Part shown: positions 55,163 to 63,724 of the stretch, one piece after another
Position numbering within the stretch: position 1 is the first letter of the stretch
How the letters are laid out: each line of letters begins with the position of its first letter
NCBI GenBank assembly: GCA_937991645.1
Contig: CALKPL010000037.1
Span: 9,168-73,167 of the forward strand
Length of the DNA stretch: 64,000 nt
From: an uncultured Clostridia bacterium
Lineage (GTDB): Bacteria > Bacillota > Clostridia > Oscillospirales > UMGS1783
Reading direction: 5' to 3'
The notes under the pieces: model-generated
Seen by the model: the letters and a program-made list of their open reading frames with translations, nothing else
Database searches by the model: none
What the model was told of the DNA's origin: nothing
Made by a program: the position numbers and the translations under genes

Positions 55163-55372
55163 TTAATATTCATTCAGGTCGATACCGGCCTTCAGCAAAC
55201 GCTCATAGCGGTCATTGGAAATGATAACCGCCATAGGCTTACCGTTTTTCAAGACAAAACCAGCCTTATCTTCGGTAGATATTGTCGTTATAATCTTTGA
55301 TGCCTGCCCACGCAGGAAGTCTGACATATTATAATGCTCCATCGGAGTGATACTTTTCTTTACCTCAGCCAT
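55163..55372 (-). CDS. Phd/YefM-like antitoxin-fold protein, first gene of the operon, no toxin partner
   Basis: 69 aa: MSDFLRGQASKIITTIS...GFVLKNGKPMAVIISNDRYERL, matching the Phd/YefM N-terminal pattern. hsdM starts 17 nt downstream. Confidence 0.6.
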   Translation of the reverse strand: MAEVKKSITPMEHYNMSDFLRGQASKIITTISTEDKAGFVLKNGKPMAVIISNDRYERLLKAGIDLNEY

Positions 55373-55404
55373 GATTTGCCTCCTTGTAATTCATGCTATT
55401 TTAC

Positions 55405-55433
55405 ATCATAGCACAAAGTAATTACTTTTTCAA
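55405..55433 (-). promoter_or_regulatory. near-consensus sigma-A promoter of the defence operon
   Basis: Minus strand: TTGAAA (55433-55428), 17-nt spacer, extended -10 TGCTATGAT (-10 hexamer at 55410-55405). Confidence 0.6.
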
Positions 55434-55495
55434 TGACTTTTGTGTAACTTTTTGTTTGTACAATTCAGGCTACCTCAACAAACACAAAAAAGTTA

Positions 55496-55512
55496 GTAAC
55501 TCACCGAGTTAC
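55496..55512. promoter_or_regulatory. perfect 7-3-7 palindrome GTAACTC-ACC-GAGTTAC
   Basis: Read directly from the sequence. Other GTAAC(T) copies lie at about 55445, 55604 and 55662. Confidence 0.4.
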
Positions 55513-55538
55513 GATTAGAGGCACATATTAACCTTCAT

Positions 55539-55594
55539 CCCTGTCCACAGCCTTTCCAAAACATCGGAAAGGTACTGTTGGCAGGGATTTTTTG
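55539..55594 (+). terminator. compound hairpin with T-tract, no upstream plus-strand gene
   Basis: CCCTG...CCTTTCC-AAAACATC-GGAAAGG...CAGGG followed by ATTTTTTG. Confidence 0.5.
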
Positions 55595-55802
55595 CTTATT
55601 CACTGTAACTCGCCAAGATTCGGGTTTTCAGACATTGTTAGATATAATTTTGGTATCGAAGGTAACTCCTTCGAAATAAATTTTACTCCGCTTTGTGAGT
55701 GGCCATTAACGAAGCGGTGGATACATACGGAACCCGGGACGGATTCTCCGTCAGCCATCCGATGTACCACCGTTGATTCGTCATGCCTTCTCACGAGCGT
55801 CG

Positions 55803-55838
55803 AAGCCGGTGTGTCATCTGATGCACCGGCTTTTGTTG
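55803..55838 (+). terminator. terminator/attenuator 40 nt upstream of the sigma-like gene
   Basis: AAGCCGGTG-12 nt-CACCGGCTT followed by TTGTTG. The 150 nt before it contain several further hairpins. Confidence 0.6.
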
Positions 55839-55878
55839 TATCTGCCGCCTCCCTTCCCAAAGCGGGAAAGGACAAGCA

Positions 55879-56388
55879 ATGCAAAAGAATGACAATCAGC
55901 ACTACATCTATCTGCGTTCCACCCGTGAGCGCATCCCCTGCACAGAGCAGGAGTTCCACGATTATTACCGCGACATTGATGCCTTCCGCAAAAAGCAACA
56001 GCGCCACGGGCGCTGCGTGTGTCCCGTCGCCAAGCGACTGGACTGTGACATGGACTGCGTGACTTGCCCCTTCAGCAGAGCCGGAGACTCCCTCTCCTTG
56101 GATTACACCGCTACAAACGACGAGGGTGAAGAAAGACCCTGGCTTGACGATATACCAGATGCATTCGCAGAGGTCGATGTGAAAGTTGAGGAAGCTGAGA
56201 TGCTCGATGCGCTGCATCTTCTTCTATCAACCCTCGCACCGGAGGAACTGGAAATTTGTAAAACCATCATGGTCGATCTTTCCGAGCGTGCTGCTGCCGC
56301 ATCACTAAACATCTCCCGAAAGGCCTTTACGTGCCGCAGAGATAAGGTTTTGAATCATTTGAAAAATTCTCTAAAAAATTATCTCTGA
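55879..56388 (+). CDS. sigma-70 region-4-like HTH protein with an N-terminal Cys cluster (phage/ICE early regulator type)
   Basis: 169 aa. CVCPVAKRLDCDMDCVTCPF, then LLLSTLAPEELEICKTIMVDLSERAAAASLNISRKAFTCRRDKVLNHLK. Confidence 0.6.
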   Translation: MQKNDNQHYIYLRSTRERIPCTEQEFHDYYRDIDAFRKKQQRHGRCVCPVAKRLDCDMDCVTCPFSRAGDSLSLDYTATNDEGEERPWLDDIPDAFAEVDVKVEEAEMLDALHLLLSTLAPEELEICKTIMVDLSERAAAASLNISRKAFTCRRDKVLNHLKNSLKNYL

Positions 56389-56471
56389 TTTGGGGGCCAA
56401 ACGGCAATCCCGTGTCCGGTGGCAAGTGTAAGAGGCAAAACGATACCGCCGATTATGGGAGGTGACAAAGA

Positions 56472-56681
56472 ATGTACGAGTCCGAAAACAAGGCGATGAA
56501 CCCTGACGAGGAACTGGTTGATATCCTTCTGGAGTTTATCATCGTCGCAGCAAACCTGGCAAAAAGCATCAACCGCTCACTCAAGCAGAAGCAAATCAAG
56601 GAAGGAGGCAACGTCAATGGGCAGAATCAGCGAATTGGATATGGCGATCAAAGACCTGCGCAGCGCCGCAGCCACTATTAA
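56472..56681 (+). CDS. 69-aa hypothetical protein
   Basis: ATG follows a GGGAGGTG RBS. Overlaps the next gene by 65 nt, so the call is uncertain. Confidence 0.35.
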   Translation: MYESENKAMNPDEELVDILLEFIIVAANLAKSINRSLKQKQIKEGGNVNGQNQRIGYGDQRPAQRRSHY

Positions 56682-56934
56682 TGAAGTGGCAAACACCCTG
56701 GCAGAGATGTTCAGCACCACGGCTGATGAAGCCCCTGACACTGCCGCCCCTGCCGATCCTGCGCTGACGCTGGAACAGGTCAGAGCCGTTCTTGCGGACA
56801 AGTCCCGCAAGGGGTACACCGCTGAGATCCGCACGCTGCTCCAGAAGTACGGTGCGGCAAAGCTGTCCGGCATCGACCCCGTCCACTACAAGGCGCTGCT
56901 TGCCGATGCGGAGGTGCTGACCGATGCCACCTAA
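56617..56934 (+). CDS. 105-aa hypothetical phage protein
   Basis: ATG 56617 follows GAAGGAGG. MGRISELDMAIKDLRSAAATINEV...TLEQVRAVLADKSRKGYTAEIRTLLQKYG. Confidence 0.6.
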   Translation: MGRISELDMAIKDLRSAAATINEVANTLAEMFSTTADEAPDTAAPADPALTLEQVRAVLADKSRKGYTAEIRTLLQKYGAAKLSGIDPVHYKALLADAEVLTDAT

Positions 56935-58054
56935 AGGACACGCTATTCTCTCGGCATCGTCTTCCGAGCGGTGGCTCAACTGCCCGCCCTCCGCAAGGCT
57001 GTGTGAAGCCTACGAGGATAAAGGCAGCGACTACGCCGCCGAGGGCAGCGATTGCCATGCTCTATGCGAGTTCCGGCTCAAGCAGGCACTTGGTATTCCG
57101 GCTGAAAGCCCCATCGAAAATCTCTCTTGGTACAACGAGGAGATGGAGGAATGTGCCGCCGGATACGCTACCTATGTGACGGAGCTTCTGACAGCCGCAA
57201 AGCAAACCTGCTCCGACCCTGTGGTCATGATCGAACAGCGGGTGGATTTCTCTCACTGGGTGCAGGACGGTTTCGGAACAGCCGACTGCATTCTCATTGC
57301 CGACGGTACGCTCAATATCTGCGATTACAAGCATGGCAAAGGGGTCGAGGTCAGCGCAGAGTGGAACCCGCAAATGATGCTCTATGCCCTGGGTGCCTTG
57401 GAGATTTTCGACGGCATCTACGATATTGACACCGTCCGCATGACCATCTATCAGCCCCGGAAGTCGAATATCAGCATCTTCGAGATGTCCAAGGACGCTC
57501 TGCTCGAATGGGCAGACACGGAACTGACGCAGAAAGCACAGCTTGCCTACGAGGGACAGGGCAACTTCTCCTGCGGCGAGTGGTGCCGCTTCTGCAAGGC
57601 GAAAGCCGAGTGCAGAGAACGCGCAGAAACCAATCTCGCTCTTGCACGGTACGACTTTGAGAAACCAGCGCTCCTTGACGACGATGAGATTGCCGACATT
57701 CTCGGAAAGGTCGATGCATTGACCGCTTGGGCAGCCGATGTGAAGGAATATGCCCTTCAGCAGGCTGTCAGCGGCAAGGAATGGAGCGGGTGGAAACTGG
57801 TCGAAGGCCGTTCCAACCGCAAGTACACCAGTGAAGCCTTTGTTGCCGCCGCTGTTGAAAGCGCAGGCTTTGACCCCTATGAGCGCAAGGTGCTCGGCAT
57901 CACCGCCATGCAGAAACTGCTCGGCAAATCCCGCTTTGATGAGCTTCTCGCTCCCTACATTAAAAAGCCGCAAGGCAAACCCACGCTCGTGCCGGAGAGC
58001 GATAAACGTCCGGCAATGAACACCGCAAAATCAGATTTTATGGAGGAATTTTAA
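56924..58054 (+). CDS. DUF2800-type PD-(D/E)XK (Cas4/RecB-like) nuclease
   Basis: 376 aa. HAILSASSSERWLNCPPSARL, ICDYKHGKG, and a C-terminal Cys cluster CGEWCRFCKAKAEC. Confidence 0.8.
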   Translation: MPPKGHAILSASSSERWLNCPPSARLCEAYEDKGSDYAAEGSDCHALCEFRLKQALGIPAESPIENLSWYNEEMEECAAGYATYVTELLTAAKQTCSDPVVMIEQRVDFSHWVQDGFGTADCILIADGTLNICDYKHGKGVEVSAEWNPQMMLYALGALEIFDGIYDIDTVRMTIYQPRKSNISIFEMSKDALLEWADTELTQKAQLAYEGQGNFSCGEWCRFCKAKAECRERAETNLALARYDFEKPALLDDDEIADILGKVDALTAWAADVKEYALQQAVSGKEWSGWKLVEGRSNRKYTSEAFVAAAVESAGFDPYERKVLGITAMQKLLGKSRFDELLAPYIKKPQGKPTLVPESDKRPAMNTAKSDFMEEF

Positions 58055-58055
58055 T

Positions 58056-58631
58056 ATGTCTACCAACACAAACAGAGTCAACAATCCCATGAAGGTCATC
58101 ACCGGTCCCGACACCCGTTGGTCTTACGCCAATGTCTGGGAGCCTAAGAGCATCAACGGCGGCACTCCCAAGTACAGTGTCAGCCTCATCATCCCCAAGT
58201 CCGATACTAAGACGGTCGCAAAGATCAAGGCGGCAATCGAAGCTGCCTATCAGGAAGGACAGGCTAAGCTGAAGGGCAATGGAAAGATCGTACCGCCCCT
58301 CGCAGCCATCAAGACCCCGCTCCGCGACGGCGACATTGAGCGCCCTGACGATCCGGCTTATGCCAATGCCTACTTCATCAATGCCAACTCCGCTACCGCG
58401 CCCGGTATCGTGGACGCTGACCGCAACCCTGTGCTGACTCGCTCTGAGGTTTACTCCGGCGTGTACGGCCGTGCAAGCATCAACCTGTATGCTTTCAACA
58501 GCAACGGCAACAAGGGTATCGCCTGTGGTCTGAACAATCTGCAGCTTATCCGTGCCGGTGAACCCCTGGGCGGCAAGGCAAGTGCCGAGTCCGACTTTGC
58601 AACCGATGACGATGATGACTTTCTGGCTTAA
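58056..58631 (+). CDS. DUF2815-type phage ssDNA-binding protein
   Basis: 191 aa: VITGPDTRWSYANVWEPKSINGGTPKYSVSLIIPKSD. Acidic tail DDDDDFLA. Confidence 0.8.
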   Translation: MSTNTNRVNNPMKVITGPDTRWSYANVWEPKSINGGTPKYSVSLIIPKSDTKTVAKIKAAIEAAYQEGQAKLKGNGKIVPPLAAIKTPLRDGDIERPDDPAYANAYFINANSATAPGIVDADRNPVLTRSEVYSGVYGRASINLYAFNSNGNKGIACGLNNLQLIRAGEPLGGKASAESDFATDDDDDFLA

Positions 58632-58645
58632 GGAGGTAACCGAAT

Positions 58646-58861
58646 ATGGAACTGACTACGATTCTTTGCATCCTGCTTCTCAGCCTGTATCTGTTGCTGG
58701 CGGTCTTTTGGATTGTCCGCTCGGTCATTGATGCCATCGATGACCATGAGCGCAAGAAAAGGGACGATGCCTGGGAAGCCGAAAAGCAGCAGCTTGAGAA
58801 AGAGCGTGCTATTCGTGAAGTGGAATACCACGAAGCCCGCATGAAAAATATGCACGAGTAA
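58646..58861 (+). CDS. 71-aa small membrane protein
   Basis: One TM helix (ILCILLLSLYLLLAVFWIV) followed by a charged helix. Confidence 0.5.
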   Translation: MELTTILCILLLSLYLLLAVFWIVRSVIDAIDDHERKKRDDAWEAEKQQLEKERAIREVEYHEARMKNMHE

Positions 58862-58929
58862 AACGCAATACCCCGTGGGCGGCGGAGCGATCTGCCGCCC
58901 TATTGGGGTAAGCGAAAGGACCGGTGAAT

Positions 58930-60870
58930 ATGAAAACTCTCTCAATCGACATTGAGACTTACAGCGATCAGAACCTTGCGAAAACCGGTGTCTATCGCTA
59001 TGTGGAGTCTCCCATATTTGAAATCCTGCTCTTTGCCTACAGTGTGGACGGTGGCAGCGTGCAGCAGGTAGACCTTGCCTGCGGAGAGCAGATTCCCGCC
59101 AAGGTCCTGTCGGCGCTGACAGATGGTTCCGTAACCAAGTGGGCCTTCAACGCAAACTTTGAACGCATCTGCCTGTCCCGCTTTCTTGGTTTTCCGACCG
59201 GGGATTACCTTGCGCCGGACTCGTGGAAATGCTCTATGGTCTGGGCAGCCACGATGGGACTACCGCTTTCCTTGGAAGGTGTCGGCGCGGTTCTTGGGCT
59301 TGAAAAGCAGAAGCTGACCGAAGGCAAAGACCTCATCAAATATTTCTGTCAGCCCTGTGCACCGACCAAATCCAACGGACAGCGCACCCGCAACCTTCCG
59401 GCACACTCCCCGGACAAGTGGCTGGCTTTCAAAAAATACAACATCCGCGATGTGGAGACCGAAATGTCCATTCAGACGCGGCTTGCCAAATATCCCGTGC
59501 CGGACAGCGTGTGGGACGAATACCACATCGACCAGGAGATCAATGACCGTGGTGTTGCCCTGGATATGGAGCTTGTGCGGCAGGCCATTCAAATGGACGG
59601 CAGATCCCGCTCCGAACTGACGCAGGCAATGAAGGAACTGACCGCACTTGAGAATCCCAACTCCGTGCAGCAGATGAAGCAGTGGCTTTCGGACAACGGT
59701 ATGGAAACCGATACTCTCGGCAAAAAGGCTGTATCAGAAATGCTGAAAACCGCACCACCGGAACTGCAAACGGTATTGACTCTCCGGCAGCAGCTTGCAA
59801 AGTCCTCGGTAAAGAAATACCAGACAATGGGGACTGCGGTCTGCGCCGATGGTCGTGCCAGAGGTATGTTCCAGTTTTACGGTGCCAACCGCACAGGCCG
59901 ATGGGCAGGACGCATCATTCAGATGCAGAACCTGCCGCAGAACCACCTCTCCGACCTTGCTGAAGCCCGTGGCCTTGTCCGCTGCGGCGACTTTGAAGGC
60001 GTGAAAATGCTCTACGAAGATGTGCCGGATACACTGTCACAGCTGATCCGCACAGCGTTTGTGCCGCAAGGTGACCGCAAATTCATCGTTGCCGACTTCT
60101 CGGCCATTGAAGCCCGTGTCATTGCGTGGCTTGCCGGAGAGGAATGGCGGCAGAAGGTCTTTTCCGATGGAAAGGATATCTACTGTGCGTCTGCGTCGCA
60201 GATGTTTGGTGTCCCTGTCGAAAAGCACGGCGTCAACGGACACCTTCGGCAGAAAGGCAAAATCGCAGAATTGGCTCTCGGCTACGGTGGCTCCGTCGGC
60301 GCGCTAAGGGCAATGGGTGCGCTTGACATGGGACTGACCGAAGATGAACTGCCGCCCCTTGTAGGCGCATGGCGGCAGGCCAATCCGAAAATCGTACAGT
60401 TCTGGTGGGCGGTCGACCGTGCCGTTATGGAAGCTGTTCGATTCAAGCACACCAACGAGACCCACGGCATTACCTTTTCCTGCAGAAGCGGGATGCTGTT
60501 CATTATGCTCCCGTCCGGCAGACATCTTGCCTATGTAAAGCCCAAGATCGGCACGAACAAGTTCGGCGGTGACTGTATCACTTATGAAGGTGTCGGTGGC
60601 ACAAAAAAGTGGGAACGGCTCGACAGCTATGGTCCCAAGTTCGTGGAGAACATTGTGCAGGCAACGGCTCGTGACATTCTCTGCTATGCAATGAAAACGC
60701 TCCGCTGCTGTTCCATCGTGATGCACATCCACGATGAAGTGGTCATCGAAGCCGACCACCGGATGTCTTTGCAGGCAATATGCGATCAGATGGGCAGAAC
60801 CCCTCCCTGGGCGAAAGGATTACAGCTTCGTGCCGATGGCTATGAAACGGAATTTTATAAGAAAGACTGA
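58930..60870 (+). CDS. family A DNA polymerase with 3'-5' exonuclease (phage type)
   Basis: Exo I motif LSIDIETYS and polymerase motifs ADFSAIEARVIAWLAGE, RQKGKIAELALGYGG and HIHDEVVIE. Confidence 0.9.
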   Translation: MKTLSIDIETYSDQNLAKTGVYRYVESPIFEILLFAYSVDGGSVQQVDLACGEQIPAKVLSALTDGSVTKWAFNANFERICLSRFLGFPTGDYLAPDSWKCSMVWAATMGLPLSLEGVGAVLGLEKQKLTEGKDLIKYFCQPCAPTKSNGQRTRNLPAHSPDKWLAFKKYNIRDVETEMSIQTRLAKYPVPDSVWDEYHIDQEINDRGVALDMELVRQAIQMDGRSRSELTQAMKELTALENPNSVQQMKQWLSDNGMETDTLGKKAVSEMLKTAPPELQTVLTLRQQLAKSSVKKYQTMGTAVCADGRARGMFQFYGANRTGRWAGRIIQMQNLPQNHLSDLAEARGLVRCGDFEGVKMLYEDVPDTLSQLIRTAFVPQGDRKFIVADFSAIEARVIAWLAGEEWRQKVFSDGKDIYCASASQMFGVPVEKHGVNGHLRQKGKIAELALGYGGSVGALRAMGALDMGLTEDELPPLVGAWRQANPKIVQFWWAVDRAVMEAVRFKHTNETHGITFSCRSGMLFIMLPSGRHLAYVKPKIGTNKFGGDCITYEGVGGTKKWERLDSYGPKFVENIVQATARDILCYAMKTLRCCSIVMHIHDEVVIEADHRMSLQAICDQMGRTPPWAKGLQLRADGYETEFYKKD

Positions 60871-60883
60871 CGAGGTATAACCC

Positions 60884-61303
60884 ATGAGTATCAACAAATT
60901 CAACAGCGAGGGGTATTACGACCCCACCGCTTATGAGGCTATGACAGCCGTAGAAAAAGAGGAAAAGGCTCTCCGAGCCTTTCGCCCCATCGTGTATATC
61001 TGCTCTCCTTATGCAGGGGCGGTATCGGAGAATATCGAAAATGCCCGAAAGTACAGCCGCTTCGCCGTGGACAAGGGGTACATCCCTGTAGCACCCCACT
61101 TGCTGTTTCCGCAGTTTCTGAATGACAACAATCCGAAAGAGCGTCAGTTAGGACTGTTCTTCGGAAATGCCCTGATGAGCAAGTGCAGCGAGGTGTGGGT
61201 CTTTGGCGACCGCATCTCCGCCGGCATGGAAGCAGAAATTCGCAGAGCCAAATGGAAGAACTACCGCTTGCGCTACTTCACCAATACTTGCGAGGAGGTA
61301 TAA
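60884..61303 (+). CDS. DUF4406 / nucleoside 2-deoxyribosyltransferase-like protein
   Basis: 139 aa: PIVYICSPYAG...GYIPVAPHLLFPQFL...CSEVWVFGDRISAGMEAEI. Confidence 0.5.
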   Translation: MSINKFNSEGYYDPTAYEAMTAVEKEEKALRAFRPIVYICSPYAGAVSENIENARKYSRFAVDKGYIPVAPHLLFPQFLNDNNPKERQLGLFFGNALMSKCSEVWVFGDRISAGMEAEIRRAKWKNYRLRYFTNTCEEV

Positions 61304-61306
61304 ACC

Positions 61307-63583
61307 ATGTTCACCCTTTACAGTGCTGACTATATCAACGCACCCAGCAACTGCTCCTATCCGCACAGATTTGAGGTGACCGACTCCGCTAACTTTGCGG
61401 ATGCGGTCAGCCGCGACTATGTGTGTGCCGAGTACATGAACCATTACCGCAACGGGGATAACTTCCTCGGTTCGGATTGCCTGCCTGTGGACTGTGACAA
61501 TGACCACTCAGAGAATCCTGCCGATTGGGTCACTCCGGCAGATGTCCAGGCGGCATTTCCCAGCATTACCTTTGCCGTTCACTACAGTCGCTTTCATATG
61601 CGCGAGAAAAACGGCAAACCTGCCCGTCCCAAGTTCCATGTGCTGTTTCCCATTGACTACATGACAGACGCTGCCGCCTACAGCGAAATGAAGAAACTTG
61701 TCAACACCATTTTCCCGTATTTTGACACCAAGGCTCTGGATGCTGCCCGTTTCTTTTTCGGAACAGCAAACCCAGAGGTTGAACTGTACCCTGGCGAGAT
61801 GACCTTAAGCGAGTATCTGTCCGCAGAAGATTTTGATGCGGAAATGCCTGGTGGTTCCCACGGCGGCACACAGGTCATTCCCGAAGGCAGCCGTAATGCA
61901 ACCATGTCCCGCTTTGCCGGTCGCGTCATCAAAAAGTACGGTGACAATGACACCGCTTTCCAGTGCTTTATGGAAGAAGCAGAAAAATGCACTCCTCCTC
62001 TGGAACAGCAGGAACTGATGACCATCTGGCACAGCGCACAGAAGTTCTATGCCAAAGTTCAACAGCAGGACGGATATGTTCCTCCCGAACTGTATAACGA
62101 TGATACCTCCTATAAGCCGGACGATTTCTCCGATGTCGGACAGGCAGAGGTGCTGGCAAAGCACTTCTCCGGGGAACTGCGTTATTCTCCAGCGACCCAC
62201 TACATCCGTTACAACGGCCGATACTGGCAGGAAACCGAACCCGGGGCGCAGGCTGTTGCCCACGAACTGACCCGCCGTCAGCTGAAAGAAGCGTCTGCGG
62301 ATATGATTGCTGCTCTTGCTGCTCTTAAGGCTTGCGGCGCACAGGACATTCTGGACAACAACAGCAAGGCCAAGGCCGAGGGCATGATGAACGATGAGCA
62401 GATGGAAGCCTATAAAGCCTTCCTCGCTGCAAAGGCATATCAGTCCTATGTCATTCAGCGCCGCGCTTCCAAAAACATCACCGCCACACTGAAAGAGTCC
62501 CGTCCGATGCTTGAGATCACTCCGCAGGACTTGGACGCCAACCCTTACTTGCTCTGCACCCCAGATGCCACCTATGACCTGCGTCTCGGTATGGCGGGTG
62601 CAAGGGAGCATTCGCCGGAGGACTTCATCACCAAAACGACCACCGTTTCTCCCAGCGACCGTGGCAAACAGATCTGGCTCGACTGCCTGGACACCATTTT
62701 TTGCGGCGACCGGGAGCTCATTGACTATGTGCAGATGATCTGCGGTCTTGCCGCTGTTGGCAAGGTCGAGGTCGAAGCCCTCATTATCGCATACGGCTGC
62801 GGTCGCAACGGTAAGTCCACCTTCTGGAACTCCGTATCCCGTGTTCTCGGCCTTTATAGCGGCAACATTTCTGCCGACACACTGACCTTCGGATGTCGCC
62901 GCAATGTGAAGCCGGAAATGGCTGAGGTCAAGGGCAAGCGTCTGCTCATTGCAGCCGAAATGCAGGAAGGCGCACGGCTGAACGATTCCACTGTGAAGCA
63001 GCTCTGCTCCGTGGACGATATCTTTGCGGAGAAAAAGTACAAAGACCCCTTCAGTTTTTCTCCCAGTCACAGCCTGGTGCTGTACACCAACCATCTGCCC
63101 AAGGTCAGTGCATCCGATGACGGCACCTGGCGCCGCCTAATCGTGATCCCGTTCGATGCCAAGATTGAGGGAAAGAGCGACATCAAGAACTACGGCGACT
63201 ACCTGTATCAGAATGCCGGAGAAAGCATTCTCGAATGGGTCATAGAAGGAGCCAAAAAGGTCATTGACCTGGACTACAAATTCCCGGTTCCGGCTACCGT
63301 GCAGAAAGCCATTGACGATTACCGCGCGCAAAACGACTGGTTCGGCAACTTTCTCGATGAGAGGTGCGAGGTCGGCAACAGCTACAGAGAGAGTTCCAAT
63401 GCGCTGTACCAGGCATACCGCAACTATTGTGTAGATACCAACGAGTATGTCCGCAGCACCGCCGACTTCTATACTGCTCTTGAGGGTGTAGGCTTTGACC
63501 GTATCAAGGTTAAAAATAAGCGTTTTATCAAGGGTGTGCGGCTGAAACCGGACGATGCGGGCAGTGAGGATTTCCTTAACTGA
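61307..63583 (+). CDS. phage/plasmid primase-helicase (P4/D5 family)
   Basis: 758 aa. N-terminal primase-like domain and a C-terminal SF3-type NTPase with Walker A GCGRNGKST and Walker B LLIAAEM. Confidence 0.85.
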   Translation: MFTLYSADYINAPSNCSYPHRFEVTDSANFADAVSRDYVCAEYMNHYRNGDNFLGSDCLPVDCDNDHSENPADWVTPADVQAAFPSITFAVHYSRFHMREKNGKPARPKFHVLFPIDYMTDAAAYSEMKKLVNTIFPYFDTKALDAARFFFGTANPEVELYPGEMTLSEYLSAEDFDAEMPGGSHGGTQVIPEGSRNATMSRFAGRVIKKYGDNDTAFQCFMEEAEKCTPPLEQQELMTIWHSAQKFYAKVQQQDGYVPPELYNDDTSYKPDDFSDVGQAEVLAKHFSGELRYSPATHYIRYNGRYWQETEPGAQAVAHELTRRQLKEASADMIAALAALKACGAQDILDNNSKAKAEGMMNDEQMEAYKAFLAAKAYQSYVIQRRASKNITATLKESRPMLEITPQDLDANPYLLCTPDATYDLRLGMAGAREHSPEDFITKTTTVSPSDRGKQIWLDCLDTIFCGDRELIDYVQMICGLAAVGKVEVEALIIAYGCGRNGKSTFWNSVSRVLGLYSGNISADTLTFGCRRNVKPEMAEVKGKRLLIAAEMQEGARLNDSTVKQLCSVDDIFAEKKYKDPFSFSPSHSLVLYTNHLPKVSASDDGTWRRLIVIPFDAKIEGKSDIKNYGDYLYQNAGESILEWVIEGAKKVIDLDYKFPVPATVQKAIDDYRAQNDWFGNFLDERCEVGNSYRESSNALYQAYRNYCVDTNEYVRSTADFYTALEGVGFDRIKVKNKRFIKGVRLKPDDAGSEDFLN

Positions 63584-63724
63584 CAGACCATTGGGTTAAC
63601 CTCGATTAAGATCAAATACAAAAAGTCTCTTAGGGAGATTTTTCATAAAACCCATAAGAAGAAGTCTTGTAAATGACCTTCAACGAGGTTAACCCAGGCC
63701 TTAAATCTCAACAGGAGAAAGCAT

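Noticed and set aside
55592-56217. 156-aa plus-strand and 205-aa minus-strand ORFs in and around the 55.4-55.9 kb intergenic hub
   Set aside because: They have no RBS and no motifs. They overlap the hairpins and terminators, and the minus-strand ORF is antisense to the sigma-like gene. The region is better explained as non-coding.
42136-63094. Unusually long antisense ORFs across the AT-richer island (662 aa opposite hsdR, 479 aa opposite hsdM, 348 and 305 aa opposite the 511-aa gene and mcrC, 429 aa opposite the primase)
   Set aside because: I considered overlapping antisense genes. All of them lie in the codon-complementary register of clearly real sense genes. That register stays open whenever the sense gene avoids TTA/CTA/TCA codons. 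They have no RBS and no motifs, and their Leu/Val/Phe/Ile-rich composition mirrors the sense codons. This is most simply a codon-usage artefact.
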